From the NCBI GenBank assembly GCA_012295275.1, contig CM022665.1:48670001-48734000 (forward strand): DNA of 64,000 nucleotides. The letters are read 5' to 3'. The notes beneath the pieces are model-generated. The model was not told where the DNA came from, did no database searches, and saw only the letters and a list, made by a program, of their open reading frames with translations. The stretch comes from Chrysomallon squamiferum. Lineage: Eukaryota > Animalia > Mollusca. This document shows positions 40,670 through 54,200 of this stretch, piece after piece; within the stretch, counting starts at the first letter, position 1; every line of letters starts with the position of its first letter. Position numbers and translations under genes: made by a program.

Positions 40670-42530
40670 CTTTTGTGTACATTTTGTTTTAAATAATCCA
40701 TGTTCAGACTTTTGTGTACTTTTGTTTTAAATATCAGCATTATAGTCTTTGTAATTTTGAACTGGAAATGTATTTTCAAGAGATGAAAAGAAATTTATTT
40801 CAATATTTTGTTTTAGATAATAAGTTATAAGGACGTTAAAACTTAATTTTAAAAATTTTGAAAAAAAAAAAAAAAAAAAAAAAAAGATAAGAGGTTTTAT
40901 AAAGTTGTTTTAAGATAAAGCATACATTTTTTTTTTTTTTTTTTTACATATTCATCAATGGTTCAAAATATTTATTAAGTGTTAAATAAGGATTTCACAG
41001 TAACAGAATTTAGTTTTAAATGATATAAAATAAATAACTAGGCTTGAGATAACTTTTGTTTTTAATATACAGTATAGGAGTCAATATTTGTGTAAATGTT
41101 TTTTAAATGACACCAGTTTAAATACAGATACCATCCCAACTTTTTTAAATAATAACGGTTTTATTTCATTTTGTAGTCTGTTTTTTTTAAATAATAACAG
41201 TAAACAACAATTTAAATCTGTTTTAAATTGTTTGCAGTATAAGGAGTTTTCTTTAATTATAGTGTCCACAATATGCAGTTTGATACAGGCCTATACTTCA
41301 ATAAAAAACAACAATTTAAAACTACTGAAAAGTTGTTTGATAAATAGAGACTAAATTTAATTAAAAATTATTATTTGTAATTCAATTTAAACAGCAATTT
41401 GAAATTAAAGAACAACAATTTACTATAAAAGATGTGTTTTTTTGGATTCTGAAATTGTTTTGTGAATTGTTTAACACGTTTACCAGAAAAAGCTCTTTTT
41501 TGAAATAAAACTCTGAACTTGTCTTTTGTTTATTACAGTTTTGTAAATTGTTAAATTAATTTACAAAATAGTCTAAAAGTACATTTGTCGTGGTAAAAAT
41601 TCAAAACATATTTTATTTTGATCCTGTTCTTCCTGTAGCTGATACAAAAAAAAAAAAAAAAAAAAAGAGGAAAAAATAATTTAAGATAAATCAATTTATC
41701 TTAAATTAAAAATTTCAAATCCCAAGCTTTTTTTTTTTAATTTTTTTTTTTTTTTTTACAGTATCACTACAGGAAAAACAATATGTTTGAACAGTAATAT
41801 TTATTTTCAAAAGAAATCCTTTTAATATTGTAACAATGACTGTAAATTAATTTTAAATTTTCAAAACTGTAATAAAAAAAAGTACAGAAGTTCTGAGTTT
41901 TAAACAAAATGAATTTCAAACTTTTCTACTTCTAGTGAAGTTTCAACATCGTGTTCAAACTAATTTAAACAAAATTATTTAAAACAACATATTCTTTAAA
42001 AATAATTAACACAATTTTTGCTTAAAATAATGTCTTAAAACTGAATTAGGTAAAGTGTCTATTTGTTTAAAACAAAATCTATTTAAAATAGTCCATATTT
42101 CTCATATTATTTTCAAAAAACTATTTACACAAACTAGTATAACACTGTATATTATTTAAAACAAAATGTACACAAACTAGTATAACACTGTATATTATTT
42201 AAAACAGTATGTTTACACAAAGTAGTATAATACTGTATATTATTTAAAACAACATGTAGACAAACTAGTATAACACTGTATATTATTTAAAACGTACACA
42301 AACTAGTATAAATTTATATTATTTAAAACAACATGTACACAAACTAGTATAACACTGTATATTATTTAAAACAGCTCGTAAACAAACTAGTATAACACTG
42401 TATATTATTTAAAACAGCTTGTGAACAAACTAGTATAACACTGTATGTTATTTAAAACAATGTATACACAAACTAAGATAACACTGCATATTATTTAAAA
42501 CAACGTGTACACAAACTAGTCTAGCATTTA
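40670..42530. repeat. Long degenerate inverted repeat (foldback-like) centred at 41692-41693
   Basis: Perfect central hairpin TAATTTAAGATAAAT-CA-ATTTATCTTAAATTA. Further mirrored blocks: TTCCTGTAGCTGATAC / GTATCACTACAGGAA; TTATTACAGTTTTG / CAAAACTGTAATAA; AAAACTCTGAACTT / AAGTTCTGAGTTTT; and 40670-40700 / ~42150-42175. Confidence 0.7.
42120..42525. repeat. ~40-bp minisatellite, about 10 copies
   Basis: Unit approximately ACACAAACTAGTATAACACTGTATATTATTTAAAACAACATGT. Confidence 0.9.
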
Positions 42531-45500
42531 ATATTTAATTTTAAGAGAGGGAATGAATGAAAGAAATAGAGAAAAAGAAGATTATTTTGATCATTAGCTA
42601 TATTTATTTTATTTTATTACATTATTTTCTTTCTTGTTTTCTAGTTTTATAACTTTTTAAATATAGAACACATAACTATAATAAATAAATTAGAATCATC
42701 CGGATGGAGAAGAATTAAAATTAAACATAAAAACTAAAATTATTTTAAAAAAATTAAATAAATAAAAATAGAAATATATCAGTGAACTCTAACGATGAAT
42801 GTTGACTACATGGTTAATAATAATTTCCTTAGGCACACCAGAAGTTATAGTTAGGCAATTAAAAAATGTCTGCATTCGCGTAACAGTTAGAAATGTTCGG
42901 TTAATCCATAATTGTGTTCAGTCTACCATTCATAAAAAGAAAATAACTAATACAAAAGACAACCATTTTAAAATAACAAGGATGTAAGTCCACATAATTG
43001 TATGTGCAAGATGATTTTTTTTTTTGTTATTTAGATTTGCTTTCAGTGGCCTTCAAAAAATAAAAATAAAACCCACATGCTTTTTTTAAAACCACTTTTT
43101 CATAATATTTACTTTACATTCATGTGTATGCAGTTACATACAACAAAAAGAAATTCTTATTAAATATTGGTTGAGTGTGTGAAGACTATTTGCATTAGAT
43201 AACAAAAATAAATTATGCTGTTAAATATAAAATTTCAGTGATAAATATGTTGCTTACAAAATGGCAAATTATGTTAAATGTGAGTACATAATCAAGACAA
43301 ATTAATTTACTTGTGTGGTGATCTTGTACACTGAAGAAAACTGATTTGCACAGAAACATTTGAGTAAATATTTGATTCAATTGCATTGCTAAAGTCATTG
43401 AACTTTATTGCACTGATTAAAAATTATAATCACGACTGCTTTTTATATTATTTATCTTTTTTCTCATATAATAAGTATGACATATAACTAAAAATCAATG
43501 AAATAAAAACAACAAAAAAAACAAAAAACAAAGCAAAAACAAATATGCAGTTAAAATTTTCAGCTAATTATGTTGTTCCCAATCATCACCATTTTCTTTC
43601 TTACACTTTCTTTCCTACACAATTTGCAAATTACAGATTTTAGACTTAAAATTTAAAACTGTAATTTCAGTGTACAATTATCATGCCCAATAATATTCTA
43701 AATATAAATTTTTTATTTAAGAATTTCAATTTATTTATTTTTTTATGTATTTAAATTTATTTATTTATTGCCTATTTTTTTATCTCTCAGTGATGTAAAG
43801 CATGTTGCAGTAATGTTCATTTAAAAAAAAAAAAAAAAAATTAAATATATTTTTAAATATATCAATCAACAAATAAAATAAATATATCTTTTCTGTATGT
43901 ATACATTCTTCAAAATTAAACATAATTATTTTTTTTTAGAAAAATATTTTTAAATCTGGATTTATTTTAACATTATTGTTTTCATTTAATTTTATTGAAA
44001 AATATTTTTTTTATTGAAAAAAAAAAAAATATAAAAAATGATTTTTATGGATTATTCCAGCTGTAAATAATTTGTTATCCATTCATATATATAAATATAT
44101 ATGTAATTAAAATCATACTAATCTTTTCCCAGTAATCAGTGTTAAGAAATAAAAACAATATTAAAAAATACTCATATACAAATAAAACATCATGTCCAGG
44201 AATCATTTTCTATAGAGAAAAGGTATTAAAAACAAAAATAACGAAATTTTTTGTATGTTGCAACTTTTTAACATTTTCTGTATTTTTTTGCACATAACCA
44301 ATATATATATTCTATAAATACTCTCAACATACAAACTTGTAGCCTGCTTATAATACCAAATATTACACTCTAAAATAAAAGCAAAGAAAAATTATAAGGT
44401 AAAATAAAACAAAAAGTAAATAAAAGAACCCAAAACGACATGCTTCAAAAACATAGCATTGATAATAATCATGTTTGTTTGTTGTTGTTTTTTTTCTGTC
44501 TATTGACAATATTATATAACCCAAATTACCATAGGATGCATACAATAAATCAAAATTTAAACATTTTAGGTTTTTAAGCAGACCTAGATATTACCACAGA
44601 TCAACCCAGTGAAGTGAACTGAAATGTTTATTCAGTGGTCATCGGTCTAGTGAAAACTCTGGTAATTTGTTGTTTTATTATGTTAAAATGAGAATACAAC
44701 CAAGAAAATTAAAACCACTTCAATTAAAAAGATTATAAAAAGATTTCAATTGCTATTAAATGATTAAAAACTTGTCGAACTATTTAAATTTTATTTTTTT
44801 TTTTTAAATACAGTTTCTGTTTTAAAAAAAATTAATCTCAAAAACTAATAAAAAAAAGAATATGAAATTTTCTAATAAAAATTATCCAAATTTTTGTGAG
44901 ATGAAAATTCTGCATCATGTTTTTAAATTAATTTTTTCATCTTATACAACCTTGTACATATAAAACATTTATAAAATTTTATTTTTCTTAAACATCTTAA
45001 AACAAATAATATGCAGATAAACAAATAATTAAGCTTACTTTTGTTATTTCCTCCATACTGCTGTATCAAATTATTTTCCTAAAACATTATTATTTTTTCT
45101 AAACACTAAAAACATGACAACATTTTGATAATTAAATTAAGAAAATAATAAACGTCAGAAAACTTACTAAAACTTAATGACATATAATCAATATTTTATA
45201 TAAAACAGAAAATATGCCCATACCTAAATAAAACTTTTATACAAAGAAGACAAAAAACTTGTAGTTCATTATGAACAATAAATACCTTCTAAGATACATT
45301 GATTAATAATTCAAAATTTAAAAAAAAAAAAAAAAAATAAAAAAAAAAAGAATAAAGTTTAGTTTCAAATGTTTTCTAATGTAAATGTTGTTGACAAAAC
45401 TCTTGAAAATGAAAAATTTTGAACCTAAGACAAGAATAAAACATTTAATATATACATTATGATTTACACCATGTACAAAAGTAATGTACCTACTATTCTG

Positions 45501-45645
45501 CAGAATGTACAAAAAGAAAATCACATGTCTGTATGTGCCAGAAAATCCTACACTGTAACTAATAATTCCAGATTTCTGTAACAACATTTAAAAGCTCAGA
45601 ATGTAAAGATTTTAACTGTTATATCATATTTAATTGTCTCAGTAA

Positions 45646-48600
45646 TCATGGTGGGAAATTTGTTGGACCTTGACCCACATTGTTGTCTGTTGTTGTTTGA
45701 CGACCTCTGCCTCGACCTCTGCCTCCACCTCTTTTATATTGATGTCCACTATAATCACGAAGCTGATAACTATCATGAGGATCAGGAACAACATCTTCAT
45801 GCAAGTCATCGTTATCCATGAAGTCAATGTCAGGAGATGGTTCAAGCTGCTCAGTGACTGGTGAATCTTTACTTTCCTCATTCAAAGATTCCTGTTAGAA
45901 TAATTAAATTAAAACATTTTCTTTTAAAAAGAAAAAAATGAAAAAACAAACAACAATGAAATATATACATACAACCTGTTGCAAATGAGTTTAAAGTGAC
46001 AAATGAAAATGAATGCACCAAAATAGCCAGTAGAATTGATTTTGTGATTTTTTTTTTATTCCATCTCTGCATTTTCAGTAGTCATTGGAAAAATAGTCAA
46101 TCATTTATCATAAATTAACAAATAATGCAAAACAGAATAATAATATTTCCACCATAAAATCATCTAATCAAATATTACTAGATTTCAAATTCATATAAAA
46201 CAGATTTCATTTTTTTTAACTGTCTTTTGAAAATAAAACTTGTCATCTTTTTGAAAAAACTGTCATCTATCATCTACCATGTACCATGCATTTGAAAAGT
46301 AAATTGAGTACAGTTTAAACTATTTCCACATTTACTCAAACATTTCGATATATTCAACATATTACTGTAACATAGATTGCTTTTCCTTGACATGGTAATG
46401 TTAAATTTATTTTTATTTATTGACATGTCATTAATTTTCACATTGCTTCTTTATAAGATTTATTTTCCTTATATTTTGCTGTGTATTCTTTGAACTTAAT
46501 GATTAACTCTGTGGAAAGGAAAGTTATTAAAATAATCTCAAAATGTAAATCTCACCTTGTATTCTCTAAACTTGCGAACAATTACAACTCGTCCTAACAG
46601 GTAATCCTGGTACAAAACAAACAGAGCACATATTAGTTCTTCCATTTTCTCCCAGCTGCGTTTCTCCATGATGTTTTCCAGAATCGTGTTTACACTATCC
46701 ATCTCAGATAGCAACCGATCAATATCAAGAGATACATCTGCATAGAAATTAGCTTTCATCTCATTGTTTCTCAATTTGTGAAACCCTATGAAAAATTTCA
46801 CTTCATGGAGAAGTTTTCTCATGTTATGGTCATAATAGAGTTGTTTGAAGCTGTCAAATTTCAAAGTCTTCTCAATATGTTCTTCTGACAGAATGTGTTT
46901 GATATGTGTTTCCACAGTTCCCTCTCGATTTATAATGTCTTCCAAGGAAGAATTCTGGGGGTCTGTGTCAGACTTTAAAGGAACCCCACATACCCCACAA
47001 AAAGTGTCTTGTATTGAATATGGTGCAAACATGTCAATCATCTCTTGTTTTAGAGCTCGTTTTCCAAGATTTTCAATACGATACTTCATGGTGATATTTC
47101 TGAAGAAACGCTGAATGATCTTGGCAGCTTTGTTTTGTTTTTCCCTAATTTCCAAAAGTTGATATTCTCTTTGAAATATTTCATGCTCTTCAGGAGTCAT
47201 GTCCTTTTCATCTAACAAGTACCCTTCTTTCTCAAGCATAGAACAACTACCTAAAACATTATCTTGAGTTGGACTGAAAATGAAAAATTGTTTAGGTAGC
47301 CATGACAAATCGGTTACCTGATATATTTGTACTCCTTCTTGTTTAGCATTATTCCAGTTCCAGAAACAGTCTAAAAGGTGGTCATCTTCTCGCTGAAGGA
47401 GAAGTTCTTTCAATATAGCAGCAATGTCAGAAAGACCTTTTGCTGTATTAACAGCATTCAGAGTTCTAAGCAAACGTTTTGGTGCTTTATCAGGCAGCTG
47501 TATTCTCAATATGGACTTCATAATATGATCTTCAAATATGTCTGGTAATAGGGCACCAACATTGACTAAGATTACCAGAGTCAGTATCAAACATCGTTCA
47601 GCAGCACAAAAATCATTTTTGTGACCTGTAAAGAAAAGACTTAACAAACTCATATGTGATCGGTAACCACAGACGATACCAATTATTATCTTACTGCGAT
47701 CCCATAATAGCTTAACCACGTTTTTCTTCGGTGTATACTCATGTACAATGCTTTGCAAGGTTTGATGTTTTTCAAAAGTTAAATCAATGTAAGTGACTGC
47801 ATCAAGGTATGTTTCAGGTACAATGAAATGGGTGCCAGATACTGAAAGCTTAGTTAGAAGAAAGAAAGAAAGAGTCAAAAATATTTCCATCCAGAAAAGC
47901 ATCATGGCTTTTGTAGGAAGCAAGGAAGGACGATTTCTCATTGAAAGAATCCTGATAAATTTTGTGAATTTTATGATGGATTCCATTGGATCAGCCTGTT
48001 TTAACCAGTGAATGGCTTCAATAAACCTGTTGGCAAGACACTCAACAATCAGTTTACCCTTGTTATCATCAACAAATACAGCATATGGAATTCTACCAGA
48101 ACGAGAGTGCTTTGTAAGCCACTTAGGAGCATCTACCATCAGTTGTTTCTCAAGCTTTTGGCAGTACTGAGTAACATCCAAATTCAGTTTCATCAGGGAT
48201 GAAAAAAAGAAAATCTGCAAAACCCACTCTGTGCTGTGACACCTTTTTTTCCACACATCCTTTTTCACTTTTTTTGTTGGTCTTAACCACAGATTTTCTA
48301 GGTATTTACAAATTTGTTTTGACATGTTGCTGTTGTGCCATCGTCCATGAATTTCTGGAACAACTGCTGATAGAAATTTAGGATGATGATGCTCAGGCAT
48401 AAGGAAGTTTAGAAGCTGTTCACAGGAATCAAATTTTGTTTCTTCCTTTACAAGACAGCCCACTTCTTCAGATAGTTTTTTAATACCTAGTTTTCTCTAA
48501 TCATGTCAACACCAGACTGAACTATGTAACTCAAATGTACATCCCATGCAAAAATGTTCAAAGCCTTTAAAGCAGAAGACTGATTATACCTTTCATGCAT

Positions 48601-51186
48601 GTATGGACAGACATCTGTATCTTCACATTCTGAACCCTGGATATACATCTTACATTGGACATGATGCTGAATTTGTTGTTGGAATGAACACTCAACAGCA
48701 GTTAACCATTTTTTCATTCTGCGAATAAGTACGCGGCTTAGTGAGACAAAAATCTGACTTTTCTCCCTTTGAACAATTCTTTCTTTTTCTCTTTGGCGTC
48801 AACAAAAAATCTTCTATGAGCTGTATACAGTATGGTTTTTCTTTAGGATGAATTTCAAAAACAGAGGTGTTTGTCACATTTTGATACAGACCAAAAAATC
48901 TGTAGTACATCTGAACTCTTTCTTGGTCACCCAGTGATGTTTGCTGAAAAAGCTTTTCAATGACTCTGAAAGTCGTCTCAATACCATGAATTACAGCAAC
49001 AGTGTCTTCAAACTGCAGTTCAAAATGTGACAGTTCAAAATATACCTGAAGAGCTTCTAGCATTCCTGCTTCATTTGCAAATGGCTTTTCTTCATTGAAA
49101 GTCCTATAAGCTTGTTTTGCCAAAGATTTGTCCTCTCTGATTTGAGCCAAAATGACAAGGGTTTTACCAAGGCCACTTTTGTCATCTGCTGCTTGAAATG
49201 ATTCAACTGCTCTGTTGAGATGAATTTCAGCTTCCTGCATCTTATCAGTTTCAACTCTTAAAACCTGTGATAAAATAAGATGACATTCTCCAATTAAGGC
49301 CAGTTCCCGACCTTTCTCTGCTGCTGCCACGGCTTCTTGTATCTTCCCATTCTTCAGCAACAGCTGAACAGCTTCTGTTCTTTTACCTGTAATATATGAT
49401 AACCATAAGAATTAGAAATGAAAATATGAATTCATGAAATTTCTCTCTGTCAAAAAAAATAAATAATAATAATATATAAAAATGAAGCATAAAAAGACCT
49501 CTTTCTTTGTCTGTACAGTTTGAGACAATAACACTTTTTATTTTTGTTTGAGAGAAAATTGATCACAAACCTTCATCTATAAGATATTCTGCTGCTTCGT
49601 CATGATAATTGTGTTGGATGAGAAAGTTTATCTTTACATTGACCTGTGTGAGTTGTTCTAACGCAACAATCATCTTTGCCTTGTTGCCAGAACGATGATG
49701 CTTCTCAGCAGATTTGTAAATTAGTCTTTCCTCAGTGTATGCTTCTTGAGGTGGATTTTCTTGTATCTTACCTCTTGATTGATAGTGCTGCAAATTTAAT
49801 GTAAAAAATGCAGTTGGTTATTGCTTTAGAGTTCTACAAACAATCATTTAATTTTAAAATGTTACCAGATTTTGATTAACAGTACTAAAAACAGTAATAT
49901 CTATTTAAAAAGTAGAATAAAATTGATTTATCTACAAATAACAATTGAATTTTAAAATGTTTGTATTTCCAGACCTAAAAACAGGAGCATCATTTTAAAA
50001 TGTGAAAAATATTGAATATTAGAAATTTTAATTTAAGAAATGCAAATAGTAATTTAATTAAAATGAATATATTTTTATACAGTTCTGTATTTTACTTTGG
50101 TTGGAAACTGACATATTATTCATTTATGACCCTCAATTTTACGGACTTCACCAGTCTGGAAAATTCAAATGGCTGGGGAATTGTAAATGTAAATGTTAAT
50201 CCTAGAATGTACCTGTAATACCATTTAATACATATAGGTATCTTGTGAGTCATATAATAATAAGAACAACATTCAGACATTAAAAACAATGTAAACAAAT
50301 GTGAGAAAATTGTATGATAGAAAAATGTAGCCTAGGTTGGCTGAAATTTGTTAGTTTAGGATACCTGTGAGTGCTTTTGAAAAGTCTTATCTTGACAGAA
50401 ATTGATTTGAGATGGGTTCCAGTGATCATATGTGGGACTCAGAATAACTTAAAAGGTAAGGTTTCAAGTGGGAAAATGGCAGTAAGTGAAATGAAAGCTC
50501 AGTGTATATATTGATACACTGTCATGCTAACAATAAAATTTACTTTTCTTAGACTATGAAATGTTATGGGTTTATTGGCCTGGAAACAGTAATTGTATTG
50601 AATAATACATGAGTTATTCAGCTAACCTGTAGTGTCATCTTGTGTCTACGCAAACAATCAATTGCTTCATCAAACAGTTCTTCCTTGTAAAGTATATCTG
50701 TAGCCTTGTTGAAGTAGCCAAGTTGTTCATAACATCGGCTGCAGTCAAGAATTTTCTTTGACTTCCAGTACATTCTTGCAGCAGGCACAACCTATCAATA
50801 AAAAAAAGAAAAATATCTACATAATGAATGTTTTTAGATGTTTTTAAAAATATTTAAATAGGATCAATAAATATTAAAGGAAAGTCAATTAAAAAGACTA
50901 TTTATTTTAAAAGTAATTTCTGTCAAAATCAATAGAATCTCTTTTAAATGTGAAAATATTTATCACAACAATATGTATTATAATCTAGCATTATACAAAT
51001 AGTATCAATACCAAGACAAAATTAAACACAACCCTGATTTCAAACTAAGAAGTAAGAAACAAAAGGAAAATATTTATTTTTGATTAGTAATTTAATTAAT
51101 GAATTTTAGAGAGTGAAATCTTCTTTACATGAAAGACTATCAAATATAAAATAAACAAAGAGAGAATACAAATTATTATGATTATG

Positions 51187-51219
<33 letters not shown>

Positions 51220-54200
51220 TGTATTCCAGCAATCTAACCTGTCCACATTTTTCAAATGTCTGAGCAGCCAGCTCGTATTCACGGGCATTCTGAAGACAAA
51301 GTGCTGCCTTGTTTGCAAGGCCACATTCCAAGAAAGTCTTAGCTGCAGACATATATTCCTCACGCATTCTCCGAGGACTATCCTTCATTCTCGATGCTTT
51401 CAGAGCCTGCAGAAATATATAAACTGCTATTCTAAATCTGTTTATTGATAAAACTGAAATACATCAGTCAATGAGTAACTGACAGAGTTACAAAGTTTCA
51501 AATCAATGAAGTTAATGTAACCATTTGTTTTTTCTTGTGTGAAATTCTGACACAAAAAGACGGATCTCAGTTTATTTATCCAGGTTTAATGTTATTATTT
51601 GTTGTTACCTGATTGTGTGTCTGTGCTATCTTTTGTTTATTCTCACAACCAGCCATTTTGTAACATTTAGCAGCAACATCATAGAGGGATCGTTTCATTA
51701 ACTCATCACCCCGTTTTTCCCATTCAGCTCGACCAGATTTCTTAGCAAATATGATGCTGTCTGAATCTATAAAAACAGAAGAATACTGTTATAAAATTTA
51801 TTTTAAAATGATTAAATTAAAAATAAAATAAATAAAAAAAAAACACACCAAAAAAAAACAAAAACAAACAAACATGGGTTTTACTGCTGCCAGTGAATAG
51901 AAAAGGTACCATGTGTCTTTCCTCATTATCATGTGATACCTCAGCTGCAATATATATCACATTTGATATCCAGTGGACATAAGAATTAAGACATCACACA
52001 ATGAAACACGCACGCACACACAGAGGTCATTTACAAAACCTAACCACTGTAACAGAACAAATAAAATAATAAAAGGTAACTGAAAAAACTCAGTAAAGAA
52101 CATTACCATGTTTGCCAGTGGAAACAACATGGACAAGATGTCTAGCCTTGAAATACTCAAACATCGGAGCCCGTTTTTCCTCACTTTCATCAAAAATCCA
52201 CACATTTACATGTGCTCTTGTCAAAGCTGTATACAGATGTTTCAGTTCAGAGTTCAATACCTTGTGTTGATTGGAGTCAAATGTCAAAGGTCGAGGTCTT
52301 TGTGGCTCTTTCAAAACCTCTGCAAGTTAAGAAGATGAAAGATTCATTTATGACCAGATATTTTAACTCTTTATCATCTCTAACTTTAAACATTTATATT
52401 TTTATATTTATCAAAGTAAGTAACTCTAGTATGTTTATTCAATTATTAGTATCTTTAGTGTTTTTCAATTTATTTATGCATGTGTGTATGTGTCTGTGTT
52501 TAACTTTTTGTATGTTCTTTAGCTGATTACCTTCATCCAAGATGACTAGATTCTCCTGATAATCTTTATCTTCTAACTTTCCTTTCATTCTCTCCACATA
52601 GTCTGTTACAATCCTCCATTCCTTAGAAGCCTAGTTTAAATAAATAAAAAGTCAGTAAATGTCAGTTTATCTTTAGACTCTTTATTAGTATAACATTATC
52701 AATGTCACAAGCCATAATGATCTTATGCAGTAGCATAACATAAATTTACATTTATTGAGAATTATTACTGCTAGGATAATAAATTTTAAAACCTTTTTAA
52801 AATGAGCAATGTAGCATAAATTCAGGTGAAATATTTTTCTATTGATCTGTTGACAAACATATTTAATGATATCTTATCATAAGTCAGAATACATGTAACT
52901 ATTATTTTAAGAAACAAATTAAGATTTTGGCTTACGCAAGAATCCTTGAAAAAGTTGTAAAGAAGCACATCGTCAAATTCCAGGTCTTTTGCTTCAGAGA
53001 TGGTCAAAATCAAACCAAGTCTCAGTTCATGTGGGATTGAATCTCTTGCCTCTTCATTAACAACTAAAATAGCTTGATGTGCACCAAATTCAATGTGGGA
53101 TGTCTTACGTTTGTGTCCCTGAAGTAAAATGGCTAGATCACTAGGACTGCAGGATTCAAGCAAAACTGGTCGAGGTCCATGAAACAAACCCTGATCCTTC
53201 TGCAGGCGATCAAAAGAATCTGGAAAAAATTCAGCCATAAGATCCAGAATGGCAGAAGCTAAAGAGAGAATGCCTGCATGAGATCTGTAGTTGTGTGTCA
53301 GCTGGTATACTTGCTTGGGAACTTTAATTGACCTGGTTTTGCCAACTGAGTGCTGTGATTTCTGTGCATGGTAGAAGAGTGATTTCAGATCACTGAAGCG
53401 GAAAGAAATGCCCCTCATTATGCTCTGAGCTGTGTCTCCAGTCAAAAACATGTTGTTTGGGTTTTGAGTAATACGGATTAGGACAGCCAACTCAGCCTGT
53501 GTGAAATCTTGAGTTTCATCTACATATATCTGATGCAGTATCCATGGTTGCTCTTTCAGTTTCCGCAGTCTTTTGTGGATTGAATAAATCAGATCTGACT
53601 TATCAAAGAGAAATTTCTTAGTTTTAAAACGGTCATATCTTAGAAACAAATCATATATCTTGTCATGTTCCCCAATAAAATCAGGAGCACGTTTACGACC
53701 TAAATCAATATACTCGTCCTTTTTGAGAATTCCATTTGGTTTTGTTAGTGCCTCAAATGATCCTCTAATAAAAGACATGATTTCTGTCCACACCAAAGAG
53801 GGATGGTAACTGACAGACATTTTCTTGTTTATCTTTGGCCACACTTCAGCTGCAAACACTTCATATGTAACTTCACGACGAGGATCCAGTTTCTGTTTCT
53901 TTGTCCCATGCAGCTCTTCAGTCACAGCTTCATTTTGAATGAAAATGTCCTCATCTGAAAGCTCATCATCAGACTCATCGTCAAGTGGCGTAAAACCAAA
54001 CAGATCATCCTGTGTACCCCAGCCCTGAATGACCACCTTCAAACTTCCATCATCATTTCTTTCAAAGAAGTAAGGTGGGCCTAGTGAGGCATCCAGAATC
54101 AGAAGCAACTGCTTTGATGTTAGGAATAGCGGGTATAGGAAGTCATTTACATCCTGCAGTCTGAAAAACAAAAACAAAAACAAATCAAATTAACAGAAAA

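Noticed and set aside
48480-48815. Programmed ribosomal frameshifting in TRANK1
   Set aside because: Several independent frame breaks at homopolymers, and copy-specific ones elsewhere, are better explained by indel error or decay. No clear slippery site plus stimulatory structure was identified.
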